From the NCBI GenBank assembly GCA_944358305.1, contig CALVQK010000003.1:19620-83619 (forward strand): a stretch of DNA of 64,000 nt. The letters are read 5' to 3'. The position numbers and the translations under genes were made by a program. The first letter of the stretch is position 1. Every line of letters begins with the position of its first letter. The DNA comes from an uncultured Bacilli bacterium. GTDB lineage: Bacteria > Bacillota_I > Bacilli_A > RF39 > UBA660. Positions 27,722-36,988 of the stretch are shown in pieces. Below the pieces are notes generated by a model. The model ran no database searches, was not told the origin of the DNA, and saw only the letters and a list, made by a program, of their open reading frames with translations.

Positions 27722-28483
27722 CTAAGCCTCCTCATCTTTATTCTTTTTAGGTCTTCCTCTTCTTTTAACCTCTTTAGACTTTAAAGCAGTATCATCAGCT
27801 TTTTTTATTTCTTTCTTATCTTCTACTATAACATTTTCTTCTTTAGGCTTATCATTATCTTTAGAAATATTATTACTCTCTTCTTTTCTCTCAATATACT
27901 CTTTATATAAATAAATATATCTAACAAACATAAACTGATAAATAGCTTCTAACAAATAAACAACTACATCTTCAAAACTATTAACAGATATTAAAGATAC
28001 AATCAAACTAATAGCAATTATACCAATCAACAAATAATAATATTGCCCATTATTAATCTCTGCCAAAGGACTATCAGATAACTTTAAATCTTTACCTATA
28101 ACTGTACTAGTAAAGAAAGAATAACCAAAATATAATGTAATTAAAACATTAAAAGCTAAAGTTAAAATAGAACTAAAACCAAAAGATTGAAAAATTGTAA
28201 ACAAACTAGCAAAAGTAGTTAATAAATAAAATGTAAACATAATTAAGTTCAAGTAATCAAAATATTTTTTACCAAACTTAACTCTAATTAAAATAAAATA
28301 TATTAAACTAACTAAATAAATACTATTATGATTAATAATAGATCTAAATATATCTCCTGCCTCCATATGGCTTTGAATAGCAAAAGACTGAGATAAAATT
28401 ATAAGTACTACTAATAATCCTATCAATATAAACGTAACCATACTAGGGCTATCAAAAAAATCTTTTTCATTATTTTTATTCAT
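27722..28483 (-). CDS. Hypothetical polytopic membrane protein with a C-terminal AT-hook-like basic tail
   Basis: About six hydrophobic helices, then a charged tail ending KSKEVKRRGRPKKNKDEEA (RGRP at 27749-27760). ATG at 28483 follows AAGAAAGGTAGG; the track start at 28558 has no RBS. Confidence 0.6.
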   Translation of the reverse strand: MNKNNEKDFFDSPSMVTFILIGLLVVLIILSQSFAIQSHMEAGDIFRSIINHNSIYLVSLIYFILIRVKFGKKYFDYLNLIMFTFYLLTTFASLFTIFQSFGFSSILTLAFNVLITLYFGYSFFTSTVIGKDLKLSDSPLAEINNGQYYYLLIGIIAISLIVSLISVNSFEDVVVYLLEAIYQFMFVRYIYLYKEYIERKEESNNISKDNDKPKEENVIVEDKKEIKKADDTALKSKEVKRRGRPKKNKDEEA

Positions 28484-28550
28484 AATCCCATACCTACCTT
28501 TCTTTACTCCATTATAATTATAACATAAAAGAGAAAAAAAGAATATTAAT

Positions 28551-29174
28551 TTAATCAACTAATACTCTTTTCCTATAAGCAGTTTTTTCATCTATATCAT
28601 AATTTTTTGCAATATCTTTTAGACTACTATATTTATCTCCATAATTTAAAGCAACTAATTTAACAAACAATTCTTCTTCATAATATCCATCAAGAAGATT
28701 CTTTCCATTTTTCATAAGGCCATAAACTTTAACTGTATCTACATTATCACCATTAAGTTCATCAAAAGACCAGTCACTAACTTTATAAATATCATAATCT
28801 TCTGCTGTAACATCTTGATTATATATTAAGTATTCACCACATCTTAAAGTAACTTTTTTAGAATCATTATCAAAAACAACTTTAGATTCATATATATCAC
28901 AATAAGTACTACCAGAAAAATTATTTTTAATATTAGTTACTAACTTATTATTAATTAATTCATATAAATACACAATATCTTCGCTAGTCTCATTATTATA
29001 ATTAACAGCATTAATACCTACAGTCTTAGCATTATATTTAAATACTTGAAATTTCTCATGCTTATTATTGTTAATTACTATAAACAAAAGGATCGCACTA
29101 AGTACTAAACAAGTAACTGCAACTGTTAAAAATTCATAAGTTCCCTTTCCATTCTGATTAAATCTTGGCATCAT
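28551..29174 (-). CDS. Hypothetical membrane-anchored protein
   Basis: 207-aa ORF with one N-terminal TM helix (FLTVAVTCLVLSAILLFIVI). The start overlaps the ezrA stop by 17 nt. Confidence 0.6.
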   Translation of the reverse strand: MMPRFNQNGKGTYEFLTVAVTCLVLSAILLFIVINNNKHEKFQVFKYNAKTVGINAVNYNNETSEDIVYLYELINNKLVTNIKNNFSGSTYCDIYESKVVFDNDSKKVTLRCGEYLIYNQDVTAEDYDIYKVSDWSFDELNGDNVDTVKVYGLMKNGKNLLDGYYEEELFVKLVALNYGDKYSSLKDIAKNYDIDEKTAYRKRVLVD

Positions 29175-30873
29175 AGTTTTTTATCTTTCCTTCTATACTA
29201 TCATCAACTATTTTTATAGTATCAATACAAAGTTTTAAAGCACTATCATAATTACCTTTAAAGAAAAGAGAACTAGCTCTATCAAGCCCACTATTAATAT
29301 CTTCATGCAAAGATCTATATCTATTACCATATACAATTAAAGTTTCTGTTAATTTAGCCTTATCTATCATACTTAAAGTTGTATTATAAAGTTTTAAAAC
29401 TAAATCACGAGCAGTATCTACTCTCGTATTAAGAGTCTTAATAACTATCGGTTTACGAGATAACTCTTTAACTACCTCTTCTATTGCCTCATTCGCTTCA
29501 TTAAGTTCAACAAAATAGTTATCACTAATTATAGGTAGTTTAAACTCTCTCATCTTCTCTTTACATTCTTTAAGTAACTTATCAATCTCTCCTAACTGTT
29601 CTCTTGCTCTTTGTTCATCTTCATACATATTACCAAGACTCTTAAGAGCAACATCTAAAGTTGATTCAGTCTGTTTAAGTTTAAGTGTTAACTCATCAAC
29701 TTCTTTAGTTACTAAAGAATATGGCGTTGCTTTATTCTTAACTCTATCTAATATATTTTTATATTCATCTTTAATAGCAGTTAAATCTTTATTAACTTCA
29801 TTTATAATCTTAACGTCTTCTTCCTTAAGATCATACATATTCTTAATATCATCTAACTGTTCATAAATATCTGTAACTATTCTTTCAGTTTTCTTTAACT
29901 TTTTACCAAAGTCTTTAATACCTTCTTCATATACTTTACGAGAAAGTCTCTCTTTTTCAAAATCAACAAATATACTATCTAGATAATCAAGTATAGTTTT
30001 AAGTTCAAACATACAGTCTTCAAGATTTAAAACTTTTATTCTATCTAAAATAGTTCCTACATTTTTACGAGACTCTTCTAAATTATAATCAAGATTAAGA
30101 TATTCTATAGGATAACCTTTTTCAGTCATATCTTTACCTGTATCTTCAATCTCTTTAATTCTTTTAGGAATAAGCTGTTTACACATAAGCATTAAATCAG
30201 GAACTTCTGTAACTACTATTTCCATATGTTCAATCATTGTATCTAAGGCTTTAACGATATGAACAACTTCACTATACATATTTTCATCCATAGCTTTTTC
30301 AAACTCTAAAAATCTTTTTTCAATATTTTCAAGTTGTAACTCTATCGCTTCTGCCATCTCTTCATATAAATTCTTATGATCATTATACTCTTTATTTAAA
30401 GCTCTATATTTAGTCTTAAGTTTACTAATAATACTACGATATTTCTCTTCAGATAAAGTAATCTCTTTAATCTGATCAAGTAAATCATCTGCTTGTTCTC
30501 TAACTTTATAAACTTCTATCTCACATTTAGCAATTCTAAATTTAGCAGTTTTATACTCTTTTTTATCTAAAAGCGTATCTAATTCTATTAACATATCATC
30601 TATTTTTGGAATATCTACATTTTTAATTGTATCAAACCTATCTTCCCACTTTTGATACTTCTCTTCCATTTTCTCATTTTTAATAATAGGTTCAAGTTTA
30701 GAAAGTTCTAATAATACAGGAGTACTACCTATCAAATTCTTTTCTCTTTCCAAACTATCATATATATTTTGGTAATAATTTTTTTGCTTTCTTTTTAAAA
30801 TAGTGATAATAGCAACTATTAAAATCAAAACTACAATGATAACACATATTATATACAAAAGTGTATGTCCCAT
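29158..30873 (-). CDS. ezrA: Septation ring formation regulator EzrA
   Basis: About 570 aa. Single N-terminal TM helix followed by continuous coiled-coil/spectrin-like repeats, which is the size and architecture of EzrA. ATG at 30873 lies 5 nt after GAGGTGA. Confidence 0.75.
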   Translation of the reverse strand: MGHTLLYIICVIIVVLILIVAIITILKRKQKNYYQNIYDSLEREKNLIGSTPVLLELSKLEPIIKNEKMEEKYQKWEDRFDTIKNVDIPKIDDMLIELDTLLDKKEYKTAKFRIAKCEIEVYKVREQADDLLDQIKEITLSEEKYRSIISKLKTKYRALNKEYNDHKNLYEEMAEAIELQLENIEKRFLEFEKAMDENMYSEVVHIVKALDTMIEHMEIVVTEVPDLMLMCKQLIPKRIKEIEDTGKDMTEKGYPIEYLNLDYNLEESRKNVGTILDRIKVLNLEDCMFELKTILDYLDSIFVDFEKERLSRKVYEEGIKDFGKKLKKTERIVTDIYEQLDDIKNMYDLKEEDVKIINEVNKDLTAIKDEYKNILDRVKNKATPYSLVTKEVDELTLKLKQTESTLDVALKSLGNMYEDEQRAREQLGEIDKLLKECKEKMREFKLPIISDNYFVELNEANEAIEEVVKELSRKPIVIKTLNTRVDTARDLVLKLYNTTLSMIDKAKLTETLIVYGNRYRSLHEDINSGLDRASSLFFKGNYDSALKLCIDTIKIVDDSIEGKIKNYDAKI

Positions 30874-31036
30874 TACTATCACCTCTACTATAACATCATA
30901 ACATAAAAAAAGGTTTAAATCTACCTCTTTTCATATTAATATATAATAAGAATTTACAAGGCATTAATAACTTATCTATTATAAAGATTGACAAACTAAA
31001 AGGCATAATATATAACTAAAATATAAGGAGGTTTAT

Positions 31037-31432
31037 ATGTATTGTCCAAATTGTGGAAAGCAAGTAGACGAAAAGGCCGTTGTTTGCATTAATTGTGGCT
31101 GTGCTCTAAATTTTAATCAATTACTTTCAAAAAAGAGTCGTGGAAAAGGAATTGCTAGCATGGTTTTAGGTATTCTTGGCGTTGTCTATTCACTTGCCGG
31201 TTTCAGTATATTAACTGATTTATCTTTTTTAAATTATGAAGATTATGCTTCAAGAATCGGTTATGCAATTGGAACTGTTTTATTCCAAAGTGTGTTTGCT
31301 ATTATTGCAATTTGCTTAGCAATATCAGAAAGAAAAGAAGGAAAAAATGGATTTAATACAGCAGGTTTTTGGCTTTCAATCGTCACATTTATATTCGTAG
31401 TTATCCAATTCTTTGCAATTATGGCTTATTAG
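31037..31432 (+). CDS. Zinc-ribbon membrane protein (DUF4190-like)
   Basis: N-terminus CPNCGKQVDEKAVVCINCG is a zinc ribbon, followed by three or four hydrophobic helices. RBS AAGGAGG. Confidence 0.7.
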   Translation: MYCPNCGKQVDEKAVVCINCGCALNFNQLLSKKSRGKGIASMVLGILGVVYSLAGFSILTDLSFLNYEDYASRIGYAIGTVLFQSVFAIIAICLAISERKEGKNGFNTAGFWLSIVTFIFVVIQFFAIMAY

Positions 31433-31464
31433 AAAGAACTCAAAAGGTTCTTTTTTATTAGCTA

Positions 31465-31493
31465 TTGACAAAAAAACATTTTCATAATATGAT
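31465..31493 (+). promoter_or_regulatory. Sigma-A-type promoter of rpsD
   Basis: TTGACA (31465-31470), 17-nt spacer, TATGAT (31488-31493). This leaves a 5' UTR of about 155 nt, long enough for an S4 autoregulatory leader; that role is an inference. Confidence 0.5.
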
Positions 31494-31652
31494 ATTAGAG
31501 CATATTTACTTGAAACAGCAATGTCTTACTTTATTCAATGTGTTTTCAAAAAGTTTTAGTAACTTTTGTGCTGTAAAGTGAAAGAAATACTCCCTGAATA
31601 AATGGTGAAGACAACTCAAGGGAAATGCAAAATATAAAGAAAGGAGAAAATT

Positions 31653-32255
31653 ATGGCAAGATATACAGGACCAAGTTATAAGCAATCAAGACGTGTTGGT
31701 TTTTCATTATCTGAAACAGGTAAAGAACTTGCAAAAAGACCATATGGACCAGGACAACATGGAAATGCTAGACATGGTAAACCAAGTGATTATGGTACAC
31801 AATTAAAAGAAAAACAAAAATTACGTTTCATGTATGGTGTTAATGAAAAACAATTTAGAAAAACTTTTAATGAAGCTGCTAAAATGCCAGGAGTACATGG
31901 TACTAACTTCTTAATATTACTAGAATCTCGTTTAGATAACTTAGTATATCGTATGGGATTTGCAACTACTCGTCGTGGTGCAAGACAACTTGTAAACCAT
32001 GGACATATTACCGTTAATGGTAAAAAAGTTGATATTCCTTCATACAGAGTTAAACCTGGAAGTGTTATTGCTTTAAAAGAAAACTCTAAAGATCATAAAG
32101 CTGCTGCTGAAGCTTTAGAAAAAGTTAATAAACGTGTTGAATATGTAACTTTTGATGAAAATAAAAAAGAAGGTACTTATGTAAGATATCCTGAAAGAAA
32201 CGAACTTAACATGGATATTAATGAATCATTAATCGTTGAATTCTATAACAAATAG
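31653..32255 (+). CDS. rpsD: 30S ribosomal protein S4
   Basis: [19 protein letters not shown]...[30 protein letters not shown] is an unmistakable S4. Confidence 0.95.
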   Translation: MARYTGPSYKQSRRVGFSLSETGKELAKRPYGPGQHGNARHGKPSDYGTQLKEKQKLRFMYGVNEKQFRKTFNEAAKMPGVHGTNFLILLESRLDNLVYRMGFATTRRGARQLVNHGHITVNGKKVDIPSYRVKPGSVIALKENSKDHKAAAEALEKVNKRVEYVTFDENKKEGTYVRYPERNELNMDINESLIVEFYNK

Positions 32256-32385
32256 AAAATGAAAAAATCAAGGATTGAACTAACAAGTTCATTTAAATCC
32301 TTGATTTTTTTAAATTTTAGAACTATAAACACATTAATTATTTAACATTTTTTATACTACATAACATATAGCAAAGGAGGTAAAT

Positions 32386-33066
32386 ATGAAATTTTATAAT
32401 GATAATAAAGATTGTAAGGATAACTGCCTTTGCGAAGTTGTTAAATGTCTAACTAAGAATAGCACTGGACCTACAGGTCCTACTGGGGCGACAGGAGCAA
32501 CTGGAGCTACAGGAACTAACGGTATCCAAGGTCCAACGGGGCCTACTGGAGCAACTGGTCCTACAGGTCCTACTGGAAACTGTGCATGTTCATGTGTTTC
32601 TAGAGGAGAATTAGTAACAAATGGCGGAATGGAAAATGTTATCGATAATAAACCAACTGGATGGTTATTTACTAACCCTGATAATATAATATCAGAAGAA
32701 AGCCAAGGAAGAGTTCATTCAGGAAATTGGTCTGTTAACATAGGAGATAGTTCAACATTATCACAAGTAATAAACAATATAGAACCTGGTTGCTTTTATG
32801 AATTAAGTTTCTTTGCAAGAGGAGAAGGAGCTCAAGTATCACTTAATGCTAATGTTATATTTATAACTAATTCGGGTGATATCCTTGGCGGTAATATTAT
32901 GATAAGAGAACAAGATATAACTAACAGCAACCGTGATTTTGCATATTATAGATTAATTACATCACAAGCCCCAGCTGGAACTACAGGAATTAGAATAGAA
33001 TTCATAGTAAGTGCAAATGGCAATCAATCATTAGATCTAGATGATGTATCATTAACAAGCCTATAA
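32386..33066 (+). CDS. Collagen-like triple-helix repeat protein with a C-terminal CBM4/9-like jelly-roll domain (BclA-like spore surface protein candidate)
   Basis: Cys-rich N-terminus, then 12 uninterrupted G-X-T/Y triplets ([37 protein letters not shown], nt 32467-32577). The C-terminus NGGMEN...PTGW...HSGNWSV...LDLDDVSL resembles CBM_4_9. Confidence 0.8.
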   Translation: MKFYNDNKDCKDNCLCEVVKCLTKNSTGPTGPTGATGATGATGTNGIQGPTGPTGATGPTGPTGNCACSCVSRGELVTNGGMENVIDNKPTGWLFTNPDNIISEESQGRVHSGNWSVNIGDSSTLSQVINNIEPGCFYELSFFARGEGAQVSLNANVIFITNSGDILGGNIMIREQDITNSNRDFAYYRLITSQAPAGTTGIRIEFIVSANGNQSLDLDDVSLTSL

Positions 33067-33092
33067 AAAAACTGCATCACTGCAGTTTTTTA
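33066..33092. terminator. Bidirectional terminator
   Basis: AACTGCA-TCAC-TGCAGTT stem-loop flanked by A6 and T6 runs. It lies between the convergent collagen-like gene and the tyrS operon. Confidence 0.65.
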
Positions 33093-33097
33093 CTCTT

Positions 33098-33448
33098 CTA
33101 CTTTAACTCCATACAATCAAAATTATCTTTAATAATAGAAATAACACTATCACTTGCCACAATTAAAATAGATTTATCTAAAGGAAGAGATTTAATAAGA
33201 CTAATAATCTCATCTTTTTTTTCATCTTCTAAAATATGACTTCTTTCTACTATTATTTTATCACCAACAAGAATAAGAGCACTACTAAAATCTTTTAATA
33301 AATATGAAGTATAACACATATCAAAATTAATGGCATTATTTCTTAACTTTAATTTTTTACCATACTGTACTCCTTCTTCACTTAAAGGAGGATTACCTTT
33401 ACCACTAGTATCTTTATCCTCCTTAAAGCTTTTAACTACATAAAGCAT
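33098..33448 (-). CDS. Short, apparently catalytically degenerate histidine-phosphatase-like protein
   Basis: 116 aa. PLSEEGVQYGKKL...FDMCYTSYLLKDFSSALIL follows the PGM/histidine-phosphatase pattern (PLT..G..QA...FD.IYSS.L.R...TA), but the N-terminal RHG motif is replaced (VVKSF) and the C-terminal half is missing. The start overlaps the upstream stop (TAATG). Confidence 0.4.
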   Translation of the reverse strand: MLYVVKSFKEDKDTSGKGNPPLSEEGVQYGKKLKLRNNAINFDMCYTSYLLKDFSSALILVGDKIIVERSHILEDEKKDEIISLIKSLPLDKSILIVASDSVISIIKDNFDCMELK

Positions 33449-34746
33449 TACTTATAAAAATCTCTTTCCAAATCTTTACTATATTTTAAGAAATAAGTGC
33501 GATAATCTTTATTATTACTACCAAGTTCTTCTGAAGAAGATGCACCACCTACTAAATAACCATCATCCATAACTAAAACATCACTAAAGTAATCAATACC
33601 TTCACCGTTTTCTGTCGCTTTAGATAATTCTTCTAAGTCACTATTATACTTAACAATAACACCACGATAATCTAAATAATTATAAGTATCAGTAGATTTT
33701 TCTTCATCTTTCTTATAAGTATGACCAACTACAATTAAATCATCGCCATCACTTACAATTTTATTAAATCTAAGAGCATTATTTCTACTAAAAGTAACTT
33801 CATTTAATACATTACCATCACTATCATATTTAACAATTAGTCCCTCAGTAACTTTATCTTCATCTTTAGCATCAATATTAATAGTCTTAGATCCTACTAC
33901 AAAGAAATTATCTCCTACTTTAACAATAGAACTAAAACCAACTGTATCTGTATATTCATAAGTCTTAGCAAATACTTGTTCTCCAGAAAGAGTATATTTA
34001 GCAATCATACCATAACGAGTTGCATCTTTACCAACTAAATAAATATAGTCTCCATCAATTATAGCATCATTGAAAATACCAGATTTACTACCACCATAAT
34101 TAGTACGCCACTCTTCCTCTAAATCAAAATTATATTTAATCATCAAAGCTCCACCGTTAGGATTATTACCAATTACCATGTTTTGTAAAATACTCTGACC
34201 AATAACAATAAAACCATCATCTACTAATAAAACTTTTGTAAAATTAGTATCTCCTGCTATTTGGAGAGTCTTTGTATCTACTTGTTTACCATCTTTATCA
34301 TATAATACTATTAAACCATCAGTAGCATTATCTTCAACTTGTTGTTCATCATATTGAGCCCCACCAACAGCTATATAACCATCATCATAAGCAACTACAT
34401 CATTAAAGAAAGAACCATAACCTTTAGTATAAGCACTTTCAAATTCTATTTCAAAATCATTATTATATTTAGCAAATTTAGCTTTATTATATTCATCTTG
34501 ATATGAATTAAAACTACTATTTTTAAAATCACTATTACCAGCAACTAAATAACCATCAGAAACTTTCTCAAAACTATTCAAAGTATCTGTATAAATAATA
34601 GACTTATTTCTATTATAATAAGATAAACCAATATAACCTAGTTCAATTACAATAATAGCAATACATAATACTATAATAACTTTTAACCATTTAACAACTT
34701 TCTTTTGATCTTGTTTTAATTCCCTTTTACTCTTATTTTTCTTCAT
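33448..34746 (-). CDS. Membrane-anchored beta-propeller-like repeat protein (SBBP-like repeats)
   Basis: N-terminal TM helix, then about seven repeats of D-G-[YF]-[IL]-V-x-G ... G-[LVM]-I-[VA]-K-Y-[DNT] (for example DDGYIAVGG...DGLIVLYDKDG; DNFFVVGS...EGLIVKYDSDG). ATG at 34746 lies 4 nt after GGAGGT and overlaps the tyrS end by 14 nt. Confidence 0.65.
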   Translation of the reverse strand: MKKNKSKRELKQDQKKVVKWLKVIIVLCIAIIVIELGYIGLSYYNRNKSIIYTDTLNSFEKVSDGYLVAGNSDFKNSSFNSYQDEYNKAKFAKYNNDFEIEFESAYTKGYGSFFNDVVAYDDGYIAVGGAQYDEQQVEDNATDGLIVLYDKDGKQVDTKTLQIAGDTNFTKVLLVDDGFIVIGQSILQNMVIGNNPNGGALMIKYNFDLEEEWRTNYGGSKSGIFNDAIIDGDYIYLVGKDATRYGMIAKYTLSGEQVFAKTYEYTDTVGFSSIVKVGDNFFVVGSKTINIDAKDEDKVTEGLIVKYDSDGNVLNEVTFSRNNALRFNKIVSDGDDLIVVGHTYKKDEEKSTDTYNYLDYRGVIVKYNSDLEELSKATENGEGIDYFSDVLVMDDGYLVGGASSSEELGSNNKDYRTYFLKYSKDLERDFYK

Positions 34747-35992
34747 CGCTACCTCCAAAACATACAATAAAATATTTTTTCTTACCACGTCTTACTACCA
34801 AATATTTATCTTCTATAGCAATACTGCTATCAATAATAGATTCTATATTATTAATCTTCTCTCCATTAATAGTAATACTATTATTACTAACAAATTCACG
34901 AGCTTCTCTTTTACTACTACAAATACCTGTATTAACAAGCAAATCTACTATATTCATATCTTCATTAATAGTAATTTTATCAAGTCCTTTAAAAGCCATT
35001 TCTATCTCTTTACCTGTAAGTTTCTTAATATCACCACTAAATAATGATTCACTAATATTTAAAGCTTCCTTATAAGCTTCTTCGCCATGAATAAAAGTAA
35101 TAACCTCACGAGCCAAAGTCTTATGAGCAAGACGCTTTTCAGGACATTCTAAATGTTCTTTTTCTATTTTTTCTATTTCTTCTTTACTTAAAAATGTTAA
35201 GAATTTTAAATAATCAATTACTTTAGAATCTTCAGCATTAATCAAAAATTGATACATTTCATATGGTGTAGTTTTTTCCTTATCTAACCAAATCGCTCCA
35301 CCTTCACTTTTTCCAAATTTAGTTCCATCAGACTTTGTTAAAAGTGGCATTGTAAAAGCATAAGCTTCTTCTCCCGTTTTTTTACGTATCAAATCAATTC
35401 CTGCTGTAATATTGCCCCATTGGTCTTGTCCTGCAACTTGTAAAGTACAACCAAATTCCCTATTTAAGTGTAAATAATCTAAAGCTTGTAAAATCATATA
35501 AGAAAACTCGGCATAAGTAATCCCACTATCAAGTCTTCTTCTAACAATATCTTTATCAAGCATATAATTAATATTAAAGTATTTACCATAATCTCTTAAA
35601 AAGTCTATTACATTAATATCCTTAATCCAATCAAAGTTATTAACAACTCTAAAGTCTTTATCGCCTCTTGCAAATATCCTTTCAGCTTGTTCCTTTAAAC
35701 AAAGAAAATTATGATTTAACTCTTCCTTACTTATCATAGGTCTTTCACTAGTAGGGCGAGGATCTCCAATAAGACCAGTCGCTCCACCTACTAACAAAAT
35801 TGGATGATGTCCTGCCTCTTTCAAACGTCTTGCAATTAAAAATGATGAAAAGTGTCCAATATGCAAACTATCAGCAGTTGGATCTGTTCCAATATAAAAT
35901 GTAAGACCACCTTTATTTAGTTTATCAACAAGTTCTGGACTAGATATATCTTTAACTAGTCCTCTCCATTTTAATTCTTCATATAATGTCAT
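34733..35992 (-). CDS. tyrS: Tyrosine--tRNA ligase
   Basis: Class-I motifs HIGH (SLHIGHF) and KMSKS-type (KFGKSEG), plus a C-terminal S4-like domain. Tyr T-box leader upstream. Confidence 0.95.
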   Translation of the reverse strand: MTLYEELKWRGLVKDISSPELVDKLNKGGLTFYIGTDPTADSLHIGHFSSFLIARRLKEAGHHPILLVGGATGLIGDPRPTSERPMISKEELNHNFLCLKEQAERIFARGDKDFRVVNNFDWIKDINVIDFLRDYGKYFNINYMLDKDIVRRRLDSGITYAEFSYMILQALDYLHLNREFGCTLQVAGQDQWGNITAGIDLIRKKTGEEAYAFTMPLLTKSDGTKFGKSEGGAIWLDKEKTTPYEMYQFLINAEDSKVIDYLKFLTFLSKEEIEKIEKEHLECPEKRLAHKTLAREVITFIHGEEAYKEALNISESLFSGDIKKLTGKEIEMAFKGLDKITINEDMNIVDLLVNTGICSSKREAREFVSNNSITINGEKINNIESIIDSSIAIEDKYLVVRRGKKKYFIVCFGGSDEEK

Positions 35993-36212
35993 TTTAATCC
36001 TCCCTTAAAAATAAAAAGCTCCTACAAACTAAGGACGAGCTAGCCCGTGGTACCACCTTATTTCATAGAAACTATGCACTTCATTCTAATTAACGCTTAA
36101 GTCACGCTTTTCTCCATCTATGTAACTTCAAAATATAAACATCTTAGTTTACACCAACCACTAAGTCTCTTAAAATAATTATATTTCTACTATTAGACTT
36201 CAACGAAAATCT
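35993..36212 (-). promoter_or_regulatory. T-box riboswitch leader, tyrosine specifier (UAC)
   Basis: The minus strand carries the conserved T-box AATAAGGTGGTACCACGGG (plus-strand 36042-36060). It also has Stem-I elements (AGAGA, distal AGTGGTTGG), a specifier-loop GAAGT-TAC-A (TAC = plus-strand 36122-36124), and a terminator hairpin with TTTTTATTTTT just before the RBS. A TTGACT-17-TATAGT promoter sits at 36219-36247. Confidence 0.85.
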
Positions 36213-36253
36213 AAATAAACTATATCAAAAAAAGAATTACAAGTCAAATAATA

Positions 36254-36988
36254 TTATTGAAAGAGTAATATATTAAATCTCTCTTCTTTAAAAGAATTTT
36301 CTGAAGAATCAATAAACTCTATCTTTAATTTATCATTAGTATAATCTATCTTTCGTAAATTTAACTGTCTAAAAAGCTCTTTGCTAACGCCTACTGAACC
36401 ATCAAAAAAATTAACATTACCTAAGATTTTTCTAATATTATCTTTAATCAATGGATAATGAGTACATCCTAAAACAACATTAGAAACACCTTTATATTTA
36501 TTAAGGTGTTTTCCTAAATATTGATCTATTTTTTCCATATTGCCTTCTTCAACTAAATCTGCTAAACCACTACAAGGAATAAGTGTTGTTTTATTATTAT
36601 CATATTTATGATATAAAGCTAAAAACTTTTCGCTTTCGATTGTTCCCTTAGTAGCCATAACTAAAGTTTCACCTTTAGGATTATAATCATGTACCATCTT
36701 ATAAGCGGGCTCTATTGCAATAAATAAAACATCAGGATATTCTTCTCTTAATTTCTTAACGCAAACAGCACTAGCTGTATTACAAGCAATAACAATAGCA
36801 ACAACTCCTCTTTCTAAGAAATAAGTTACTATTTTTTTAACAAAACCATATACTTCATCAGAACTTTTATCGCCATAAGGATTATGAAGAGAATCACTAT
36901 AATAAATAAAATGACCTCCTGGAATTAATTTAATTATCTCTCTTAATACAGAAACGCCACCAATTCCTGAATCTAGTACACCTATCAT
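36254..36988 (-). CDS. murI: Glutamate racemase
   Basis: DSGIGGVSVL, IACNTAS and LGCTHYP motifs, including both catalytic Cys. Confidence 0.9.
   Translation of the reverse strand: MIGVLDSGIGGVSVLREIIKLIPGGHFIYYSDSLHNPYGDKSSDEVYGFVKKIVTYFLERGVVAIVIACNTASAVCVKKLREEYPDVLFIAIEPAYKMVHDYNPKGETLVMATKGTIESEKFLALYHKYDNNKTTLIPCSGLADLVEEGNMEKIDQYLGKHLNKYKGVSNVVLGCTHYPLIKDNIRKILGNVNFFDGSVGVSKELFRQLNLRKIDYTNDKLKIEFIDSSENSFKEERFNILLFQ

Noticed and set aside
28551-29174. N-terminus of the 207-aa protein (NGKGTYEFLTVAV...) as a type IV prepilin/pseudopilin signal
   Set aside because: The G/FTLxE consensus is not met. The Glu is at the wrong distance from the Gly, there is no Phe at +1, and no pilus assembly genes are nearby.
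31494-31652. rpsD 5' UTR as a defined S4 autoregulatory RNA element
   Set aside because: The UTR is long enough and the mechanism is known in Bacillus. However, I could not recognise a conserved structure by eye, so only the promoter is annotated.
32350-32372. CATAACATA upstream of the collagen-like gene as a sigma-K promoter
   Set aside because: Only the -10-like element fits. The nearest AC dinucleotide is about 13 nt upstream rather than 16-17 nt, so no promoter is called; it is mentioned only as a hint in the finding.
32467-32577. 9-nt periodic GGNCCNACN repeats as a possible non-coding tandem repeat
   Set aside because: They are in frame and encode G-X-T collagen triplets within a well-supported ORF.
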